From Candidatus Saccharimonadota bacterium (GTDB lineage Bacteria; Patescibacteriota; Saccharimonadia; Saccharimonadales; UBA4665), in assembly GCA_003516025.1 (NCBI GenBank), contig CP023991.1:811374-843373 (forward strand): DNA of 32,000 bases, written 5' to 3'. Below the pieces are notes generated by a model. It was given only the letters and a program-made list of their open reading frames with translations, was not told where the DNA came from and ran no database searches. This document shows positions 22,896-30,199 of this stretch, one piece after another (positions within the stretch are counted from its first letter, which is position 1; each line of letters begins with the position of its first letter). The translations under genes and the position numbers were made by a program.

Positions 22896-23711
22896 ATGAC
22901 CGTTCAAGACTGGCTGGCGATCTCTATGGTCCAACTTAGCGAAGTGGGCATATCCACCGCCCGGCTGGATAGTTTAGTACTACTCGAAGATTGTCTGGGT
23001 AAAAATCGTGCTCACCTGCTGGCGCATCCCGAAATCGAGCTAACGGTCGAGCAAACCGCCCTGTTGGCCGAACAAATCAGCCGGCGCGCGACCCATGCGC
23101 CGCTGGCATATATCAGGGGTAAAACCGAGTTTTATAGCCGTGAATTCACCGTGAACGAAAATGTGCTCGAGCCGCGGCCCGAGTCCGAAACTATGATTGA
23201 CGCACTCAAAACGCTACGCTTGCCAGCCAGCGCGACTATTATTGATGTCGGAACCGGTTCCGGTGCTTTGGCCATTACCGCCAAACTGGAACTGCCGCAA
23301 AACCATGTCATCGGGGTAGATATTGACCCGGACTGCTTAAAAGTAGCCCAAGACAACGCTCAAAACCTACATGCCGATATAAAGCTTATGTTAAGTGATT
23401 TAATAGGCTCCCTAACCGTTCAGGAGACCTCAGGATCGGTTTTACTATGCAACCTGCCATATGTACCAGATAGTTTTCAGATTAACACAGCGGCCCTCCA
23501 CGAGCCAAAACTGGCGATCTTTGGCGGTCCTGACGGTTTAGACTTATTTCGTAAGTTGTTTCGGCACATCGATGGGGTGTCAGCTAAGCCGACCTACATT
23601 TTAAGCGAGGCCATGCCGACCAGCCATGAGACTTTAACGGCTATCGCAAGAAAGCACGGTTATACACAAATAAAAAGCGAAGACTTTATTCAAGTCTTCG
23701 CTTTTTCATAG
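22896..23711 (+). CDS. prmC: Release-factor glutamine N5-methyltransferase PrmC/HemK
   Basis: 271 aa, immediately after prfA. The SAM motif is IDVGTGSGALAI. The catalytic tetrapeptide reads NLPY instead of the canonical NPPY. Confidence 0.88.
   Translation: MTVQDWLAISMVQLSEVGISTARLDSLVLLEDCLGKNRAHLLAHPEIELTVEQTALLAEQISRRATHAPLAYIRGKTEFYSREFTVNENVLEPRPESETMIDALKTLRLPASATIIDVGTGSGALAITAKLELPQNHVIGVDIDPDCLKVAQDNAQNLHADIKLMLSDLIGSLTVQETSGSVLLCNLPYVPDSFQINTAALHEPKLAIFGGPDGLDLFRKLFRHIDGVSAKPTYILSEAMPTSHETLTAIARKHGYTQIKSEDFIQVFAFS
23672..23706. terminator. Bidirectional rho-independent terminator embedded in the last codons of prmC
   Basis: The sequence is AAAAAGCGAAGACTT-tattc-AAGTCTTCGCTTTTT, with perfect 15-nt arms. 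The T-run ends 2 nt before the prmC stop (23709-23711). The A-run gives the U-tract for htrA on the minus strand. Confidence 0.7.
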
Positions 23712-23725
23712 CCCTGGCAAATTAT

Positions 23726-25024
23726 TTAGCTGGAGGCGTCGCTGCTTGGCATTGCCTGCAGTTTCACTGTCAGTTTAGTGGTTTTGCCGTCCCGCAGGAT
23801 GGTCAGTTCAATCTCGTCGCCGACGGCGTGGCGGCCCACCAGCGAGGTCAGGCTGTTGCTTTGGTCAATCTTGGTGCCGTCTATGGCGGAAATGATGTCG
23901 CCTTCCTGTACGCCGGCCTTGTCAGCAGGTCCGTTCGATATCACCGATTGCTGCGAGCCGTCCGATGATGGCAATACGTACGCGCCGCTCTCGACGTCCA
24001 GCTTATACTGTTTGGCAGCATCCGGGGTGATGGGGATATAACGGACACCGAGGTATGGGCGCTCAAACGTGCCGTTCGATAAAATCTGCTTAATGAGGCC
24101 GCTGACATCGTTGATTGGTATAGCGAAGCCGATATTTTGACCCTCGCCGGAAACAGCCGTGTTGATGCCAATTACCTGACCGTCGGTATTTACCAGCGGC
24201 CCGCCGGAGTTACCCTGGTTAATGGCGGCGTCGGTCTGGAACAAGTCATCGAGGCTTTCGGCGTCGGTGCCAGCCGAGTCACTTGCCACCACTGAACGGC
24301 CAAAGCCGGAGATAATACCCGAGGTGACTGAGTTGCTGAACTGTCCGAGCGCGTTACCGATAGCCACTACCGTATCACCGGTTTGGACTTTACCGGAATC
24401 GCCGATTTCAGCCGGAGTGAGCTTGTGGCCCTCCAGGTCATTAATCTTCAGAAAGGCGATGTCCAGACTGTCGTTGTCATTCGTCCGGCCAATCACTTTA
24501 ACATCTTCCAATTCCGTTCCATCTGACAGCGTAACGCTAACATCGGATGTGCCGGCAGGCACCACGTGGCGGTTCGTAACAATAATACCTTCGGATGAAA
24601 TAATAATACCGGTGCCAGCCGCTTCCTGTTGGCCACCTTGCTGGCTATAGCCAAAGAAATTTGCCGTGGGCTCGCTTTGCGTAACGACATTAACCGAAAC
24701 GACACTCGGGCCGACCGTTTTCGCGATTGAGGCTATTAACTGGCTTTCATTAGCGGCGATTCGTTTCTGTTCGGTGATGTTCGCGCTGGTGAGTGCCGAG
24801 CTGTTGGTATGTGAACCAACGTAACCACCGGCAAAGCCGGTTGCCAGCGTAGCAATAAATGCCAAGGCCACCAGCAGGCTGGTCCGGCGGCGGGTTTTCG
24901 GACGCGACGCCACGGGCGCGGAACTGCTTCGCAGCGACGACACAGTTGGCGCGGCACTTCCCTCACTATCCGGTGTTTCAACTTTTTGGCTATCCGGCCC
25001 ATCAAACCGTGGCGCGTTAAACAT
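23726..25024 (-). CDS. htrA: HtrA/DegP-family serine protease with N-terminal membrane anchor and C-terminal PDZ domain
   Basis: 432 aa. The catalytic triad contexts are TNRHVV, DIAFLK and GNSGGPLV. The PDZ segment is GPADKAGVQEGDIISAIDG. Confidence 0.9.
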   Translation of the reverse strand: MFNAPRFDGPDSQKVETPDSEGSAAPTVSSLRSSSAPVASRPKTRRRTSLLVALAFIATLATGFAGGYVGSHTNSSALTSANITEQKRIAANESQLIASIAKTVGPSVVSVNVVTQSEPTANFFGYSQQGGQQEAAGTGIIISSEGIIVTNRHVVPAGTSDVSVTLSDGTELEDVKVIGRTNDNDSLDIAFLKINDLEGHKLTPAEIGDSGKVQTGDTVVAIGNALGQFSNSVTSGIISGFGRSVVASDSAGTDAESLDDLFQTDAAINQGNSGGPLVNTDGQVIGINTAVSGEGQNIGFAIPINDVSGLIKQILSNGTFERPYLGVRYIPITPDAAKQYKLDVESGAYVLPSSDGSQQSVISNGPADKAGVQEGDIISAIDGTKIDQSNSLTSLVGRHAVGDEIELTILRDGKTTKLTVKLQAMPSSDASS

Positions 25025-25101
25025 AGACTGACTCCCTACCGCTTAAGTTTTATTTCGCTATACATCATTATAACGAAAAGATTGAAAATTAGCTGAGCGG
25101 C

Positions 25102-25884
25102 TTAGACGATAAGGTGGGCGCCTTCGTAAAACAGCGAAACCACCAGTACGATCACAATCGCGCTGCTGATAAACAGCAGCTCTCGCTTAACGAGCTGCGA
25201 CAGGCGGTCGAAGTGTTCCAGGTAATATACGGCCGCTAAACTATAGCCGATAGCGCTGAGCAAGAGAGTCGGCATAGCGACAGCGCCATCCTGGTCCGGA
25301 TAAACGATAAGCATATGTCCGAGCAGCCAAGTTAGAGCAGCCGCGAAGTAACCCCACAAATATGACAGCATCTTGGCATACGGCTCGTTGAACGTATCAA
25401 AGAAGTGGCGGGCGGCCAGATAACAGACCAGTCCGGCCGACAATACCAGTACGTACAGGGCCGCGTCTGACTTAACTAGAAATAGCGCGGTCAAACCGAA
25501 CAATTGGCCGATAGCAGATTGCAAGGATACGAAGAAGACACTGGACCTCGGCTTGATGAGCAGCAGCCAGATACCGTATACGACCAACCAGAACAATTGT
25601 ACGGACATCGAGCCGGCATGCGACATAAACAGGACGATTGAAATGCCCACGATGATGTCGATTGAGTTCGCCCGCAGGTTAGCCGGCCAGAAACGGGGAC
25701 GGACAGCAAAAATACGCCATTTACTCAGCCAGATGACCAGAATAGGCAGCCAGAGGCCAATATCGAGCCGTACCAGTACAAAGACCACGATCGGTAAGGC
25801 AATCTGGTAGGCCAGATGCAAAAAGTACGAAAACCCACCGACAGGTCGGAATAAATCTTTAATTTTGAGCAGTCTCGGACGCAT
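25102..25884 (-). CDS. Multi-pass integral membrane protein of unknown function
   Basis: 260 aa from ATG 25884, with several hydrophobic segments. The start overlaps the 3' end of the LCP gene by 26 nt. No recognised family. Confidence 0.55.
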   Translation of the reverse strand: MRPRLLKIKDLFRPVGGFSYFLHLAYQIALPIVVFVLVRLDIGLWLPILVIWLSKWRIFAVRPRFWPANLRANSIDIIVGISIVLFMSHAGSMSVQLFWLVVYGIWLLLIKPRSSVFFVSLQSAIGQLFGLTALFLVKSDAALYVLVLSAGLVCYLAARHFFDTFNEPYAKMLSYLWGYFAAALTWLLGHMLIVYPDQDGAVAMPTLLLSAIGYSLAAVYYLEHFDRLSQLVKRELLFISSAIVIVLVVSLFYEGAHLIV

Positions 25885-27550
25885 CACTGCCAAGTATTAT
25901 AACAATATTCGCGTTTCCTGCCAGTATGCCAGTCGGCAGCTGGGTTGTCGTGGCATCGACAGCCAGACGCTTTTTAAGGTAATTGAGCGTGTATTTCTTG
26001 CTTCCACGGGTCATATCAACAATTCGCGTAGTGGCATAATCTTCGGTTGGAGCGTTATCAACGACGCCGACGTTATAGCCATATGACTTCAATTCCGTCG
26101 CCTTTTCCGTCGCCAGTCCAGCGACACCGCTACCGTTCAATATGGTGATGTTGGCGTTTTCCTTGGCGATGTAGCCGTCTTTCAGCTTACTGCGGATGTA
26201 TTCCTGGATTTTACTGTAGTCTTCCAGGCCGGCCTTTGGCATAACAACAGACATACCATTGATGTTGCCGGTGGTTACGAAACTGTTGCCCTCCTCGGCT
26301 AAACTGACGGACAAAATCTGGTTGCTGGGAATTTTTTTCATAATACTGGCCATACGGGTCATATCAGAAATACTGATGTCGCTCTGGACATTGTCGCCGA
26401 AGGCGCTCAGCAAACCAGACAACTTCATCGGGTTGGTAAGTGTACCCATATTGGCAGTTTTTTCCTTGAGAGCCACCAATAACTGGCGCTGGCGCTCGCC
26501 GCGGGCAAAGTCAGACGTCGTTTCACGGGAACGGGCGTACATCAGCGCGTGCTTGCCGTCAAAATTATTGACGCCCTGCACTGCCAGCGTTGGATTCCAC
26601 TTGTTTTCCCATGCCATGGTTGGGTCATACAACTTTTCCGGGGCGTTGATAGTTACCCCGCCGACCGTATCCACTGCCTGCGAGAATGCCTGGAAATCAA
26701 CCAGCATATTGTAGTGGATCGGAATACCGGCGACGCGCTCGATAGTACTGTCAATTCCGTCAAATCCAGCCAAAACCGCTTTATGGTCGGCGTTGCTGCG
26801 GTCCTGCTTGCCTAAATACTTGTACTTACCGCTTTCGTAGGCGGCGTTAATCTTCTGGTAATTGGCAATATAGTTATTTGGCATTTTGGTCCACAGATCA
26901 CGCGGGATACTGAGGAGGACCGCCTGGTTATTAACCGGGTCGACGCTGGCGACCATCAAAGTGTCGGTTAAATCTCCGCCGTCGTGCTGCGCGCCGCCGA
27001 CACCAAGTAGCAGCACGTTAATACGGCCATCACCCTCCCCCTTGAGGAGCGTCGGGTCAACATTAGCCGTCAGTGACGCGGCCCGGCTGCCGCCCTGGAA
27101 GACTTTATGCAGCTTAATATAACCCTTACCGAACAGTAAGCCGCCGGCTGCTAATACTAATACGAGGCTGATGCCGGCAGTCCGCAGGCCCCATTTACGG
27201 AAAGTATAGAACTTACCGTGCTTTGCTTGGGCCTTTTTGCGGCTTTTCTTGGTCGCTGGGGTCGTAAGATCAACATTGGAGGCAAAAGCCGGTTTAGGGT
27301 GCGCTTGAGCGTGGCTGGCAGCTGGCTGGACGGGATGCAGATTGCGGCGCCCGGCAGCATGGAAGCCCTCCGCGCGCTTGAACTCATCAACCCGGTGACG
27401 CTGCGGGTTGATCTGGGAAGCCGTAGGTTTGTATTGAGCGGCTTTCGGTGTCAGTGGCGCTGCTGACGGACGGGCCATAAAACCGTCTACTGTCTGGCGG
27501 TTTCCGTTTGGGCGCCGTCCCGCTGAATGTGGTCGTGAAAAATTATCCAT
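25859..27550 (-). CDS. LytR-CpsA-Psr (LCP) family cell-wall glycopolymer ligase with C-terminal LytR_C-like domain
   Basis: The LCP motifs are LLLGVGG...DLTDTLMVASVDP and SIPRDLW. A single TM follows a basic N-terminal tail. The probable start is ATG 27550, because the track's TTG start at 27568 lies inside a TATACT -10 box (27568-27573). Confidence 0.88.
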   Translation of the reverse strand: MDNFSRPHSAGRRPNGNRQTVDGFMARPSAAPLTPKAAQYKPTASQINPQRHRVDEFKRAEGFHAAGRRNLHPVQPAASHAQAHPKPAFASNVDLTTPATKKSRKKAQAKHGKFYTFRKWGLRTAGISLVLVLAAGGLLFGKGYIKLHKVFQGGSRAASLTANVDPTLLKGEGDGRINVLLLGVGGAQHDGGDLTDTLMVASVDPVNNQAVLLSIPRDLWTKMPNNYIANYQKINAAYESGKYKYLGKQDRSNADHKAVLAGFDGIDSTIERVAGIPIHYNMLVDFQAFSQAVDTVGGVTINAPEKLYDPTMAWENKWNPTLAVQGVNNFDGKHALMYARSRETTSDFARGERQRQLLVALKEKTANMGTLTNPMKLSGLLSAFGDNVQSDISISDMTRMASIMKKIPSNQILSVSLAEEGNSFVTTGNINGMSVVMPKAGLEDYSKIQEYIRSKLKDGYIAKENANITILNGSGVAGLATEKATELKSYGYNVGVVDNAPTEDYATTRIVDMTRGSKKYTLNYLKKRLAVDATTTQLPTGILAGNANIVIILGSDASETAQN

Positions 27551-27714
27551 AAGCTTCGTTAGGCCCAAGTATATCGTTTATGCTAAGCGGCGTAAACCGT
27601 ATCATAACCTTTTTAGACCTTTTTACATCATGCCTGTGGGCAACTCCGTAAGCGCTTTAAACAGTTACAGTGGTGCGAACCATCGTCGTGTATATTCACC
27701 AAAAATAGGTTATA

Positions 27715-28410
27715 GTGGATGACAGAATGAATCCAAACACAAACAATCCGGATCCGCTGCGATCAGCAGTCTCCGATGCCCACAATACTGGACAGCCGTC
27801 CGGTCCGACCGTATCGCCACCATCAAAAAAAGAAACGACACGCGAGATATTTTCAACCATCGGCGTGCTGATCGCCGCCCTGTTAGTGGCTTTCGCGCTG
27901 ATCGCTTGGGTATTCCAGTCATACGAAGTAGACGGACCCAGCATGCAGTCCACGCTGCAGAATAATGACCGCCTGATTGTCTGGAAAGTACCGCGTACCA
28001 TCGCCCGCATTACCGGGCATGACTATATACCAAAGCGTGGCGACGTTATCATATTTGTCGAGAGCGGCTTAATGGAATACGGGAGCAGCGACACCAAACA
28101 ACTTATTAAGCGGGTCGTCGGCTTACCTGGCGACCGCGTGGTCATTAAGAGTGGCATTATAACCATATTTAATAAGCAGCACCCGAACGGCTTCAATCCG
28201 GATGAATCAATTCCCTTTGGCCAGATAATCCCTGAGATTACCGATGTCCGCGATGCCGACATCACGTTAAGCGCAAGCCAAATATATGTTTGTGGGGATA
28301 ACCGTCCGAACTCGCTCGATTCCCGAACCTTCGGCCCTATCGAAGCCCATCAAATCGTTGGCAAGCTCAGCATACGGCTGCTGCCTTTGAACCAAATCGA
28401 AAAGTTCTAA
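27715..28410 (+). CDS. lepB: Signal peptidase I
   Basis: Motifs are GPSMQSTL (catalytic Ser), KRVVGLPGD (Lys) and GDNRPNSLDSR. The start is uncertain: GTG 27715 or ATG 27727. Confidence 0.9.
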   Translation: MDDRMNPNTNNPDPLRSAVSDAHNTGQPSGPTVSPPSKKETTREIFSTIGVLIAALLVAFALIAWVFQSYEVDGPSMQSTLQNNDRLIVWKVPRTIARITGHDYIPKRGDVIIFVESGLMEYGSSDTKQLIKRVVGLPGDRVVIKSGIITIFNKQHPNGFNPDESIPFGQIIPEITDVRDADITLSASQIYVCGDNRPNSLDSRTFGPIEAHQIVGKLSIRLLPLNQIEKF

Positions 28411-28416
28411 CCCTTT

Positions 28417-29292
28417 TTAACCTTGTATCGATTCGAGCAGTTTAATGAGGCGCTCAAGATCCTCATCGGAAGTGAACTTCAGTTCCAGCTTCCCACCTTT
28501 GGCGGTGCGGCGAATGGCCACCGGCGCACTTAAACGCTCGCTGAGCACTTTCGTTTCCGCGGTTTCGGTATCAACCCGCGTCTTAACAACTGTCTTGTCC
28601 TGTATGCCGGCCTTGACGCTACTTACGTAGCGTTCGGCCTGGCGGACGTTCCACCCTTGTTCCAGAATTGACCATAACAGTTCTTCCTGGCGTTCCGGCA
28701 CATCTTTAAGCGCTAAAATCGCCCGGGCGTGGCCCTCGCTGATCTTATGATCCTGTAGTGCCTGGCGGACAGCTTCAGGGAGCTGCAGTAATCGAACAGT
28801 ATTATTAATGGTTGACGGCGCCTTGCCAAGACGCTTGGAAATAGCGTCGTAACTCATGCTGAACTGCTGGTGCAGCCGTTCAATCGAAACGGCTTGTTCA
28901 AGTGGACTCAGGTCAACGCGCTGCACGTTTTCTATGAGGGCTATCTCCAACTGTTCCAGTTCTTTAGTAGAACGGACAATGACCGGGACGGTTTCCATGC
29001 CAGCCAGTTTCGAGGCGCGCCAACGGCGTTCACCGGCAACGATTTCATAATTGCCACCGGCAAGCGGCCGCACGACCAGTGGTTGCAAAATTCCAAACTG
29101 CTTAATGGAGCTGGCTAACTGGTTAAGGGCTTCCTCGTCGAAATGAGTACGCGGCTGGTCGGCGTTCGGCTTAACCTTTTCGACTTTTACTTTTTGAATG
29201 CGGTCATCATCGGTCAACAGTAGTGATGTGTCAAAGTTCTGCGGCAACAGCGTATCGAATCCCTTGCCCAAGCCTTTGCCAAGTCCTGTCAT
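28417..29292 (-). CDS. parB: Chromosome partitioning protein ParB/Spo0J
   Basis: 291 aa. It has an N-terminal GLGKGLGKGFDTLL, the ParB box GERRWRA and an HTH region. GGAGG lies 10 nt upstream of the ATG. Confidence 0.93.
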   Translation of the reverse strand: MTGLGKGLGKGFDTLLPQNFDTSLLLTDDDRIQKVKVEKVKPNADQPRTHFDEEALNQLASSIKQFGILQPLVVRPLAGGNYEIVAGERRWRASKLAGMETVPVIVRSTKELEQLEIALIENVQRVDLSPLEQAVSIERLHQQFSMSYDAISKRLGKAPSTINNTVRLLQLPEAVRQALQDHKISEGHARAILALKDVPERQEELLWSILEQGWNVRQAERYVSSVKAGIQDKTVVKTRVDTETAETKVLSERLSAPVAIRRTAKGGKLELKFTSDEDLERLIKLLESIQG

Positions 29293-29295
29293 AAT

Positions 29296-30057
29296 TTATT
29301 TTCCTCCCGTTCGTTTTTGTACTTCTTTAGCGACCGCTTTATAGGCGCGGGCGCCCTTGGACCATTTGTCGTGCTCAAAAATTGTTCGGCCGTAACTTGG
29401 TGATTCAGCCAGGCGGATGTTACGTGGCACCACCGCCGTGAACAGCTTATCGCCGAAGTGTGTCTCAATCTCCTGTTTTACCTGCTCGCTGAGGCTGGTG
29501 CGCTTATCATACATGGTCAGCACTACACCGAGTAGATCAAGCCGTGGATTGGTGGCTTCGCGTACACGCTGAACCGTTCCCAGTAACTGGCCAAGGCCTT
29601 CCAAGGCATAATATTCGGTCTGCACGGGAATCAGCACGTCGGTAGCCGCAGTCAGCGCGTTAATAGTAAGCAAGCCGAGCGCCGGTGGACAATCAATAAT
29701 AACGTAGTCGTGCGTGGCGTTCTTGAGCGCCTGTTGCAGGCGGAATTCGCGGTGTTCCATATCGACAAGATCTATCTCCGCGGCGGCAAGGTTCGGATTA
29801 GCCGCAATAACGAACAAATTATCGATACGGGTCGGCGCGATTCCCTGTTCAAAGTTGGCATCGCCGCGTAACACTTCATACGTTGTGACTGTTTGCTCTT
29901 TTGGTAGCCCTAAGCCGCTTGTGGCGTTGCCCTGTGGATCGAGATCAACGAGCAGCACCTGGTACTTATCACCGGCCAAGCTGGCGGCAACATTCACGGC
30001 GGTGGTCGTCTTGCCAACGCCGCCCTTCTGATTTGCTACTGCGATAATACGCGTCAT
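29296..30057 (-). CDS. parA: Chromosome partitioning ATPase ParA/Soj
   Basis: The deviant Walker A motif is NQKGGVGKTT. The start is probably ATG 30057 (MTRIIAV...), with AGGAAA upstream. The track start at 30102 adds 15 residues. Confidence 0.93.
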   Translation of the reverse strand: MTRIIAVANQKGGVGKTTTAVNVAASLAGDKYQVLLVDLDPQGNATSGLGLPKEQTVTTYEVLRGDANFEQGIAPTRIDNLFVIAANPNLAAAEIDLVDMEHREFRLQQALKNATHDYVIIDCPPALGLLTINALTAATDVLIPVQTEYYALEGLGQLLGTVQRVREATNPRLDLLGVVLTMYDKRTSLSEQVKQEIETHFGDKLFTAVVPRNIRLAESPSYGRTIFEHDKWSKGARAYKAVAKEVQKRTGGK

Positions 30058-30199
30058 ATCTGTTTTCCTAGAATATTTCTTTTCTTGCATCAAGCGTATC
30101 ATTTTACTGGCTGAAGGTAAACATAACGCTGACGCTTATCGAGCAATTAACCGGCACATCAAGCCACCTCTACCCCTCTATCATGATAGACGAAACGCT

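Noticed and set aside
28417-30199. parS centromere sites or DnaA boxes marking an origin near parAB
   Set aside because: No match to TGTTNCACGTGAAACA or to TTATCCACA clusters was found by eye anywhere in the window. dnaA and dnaN are not present either.
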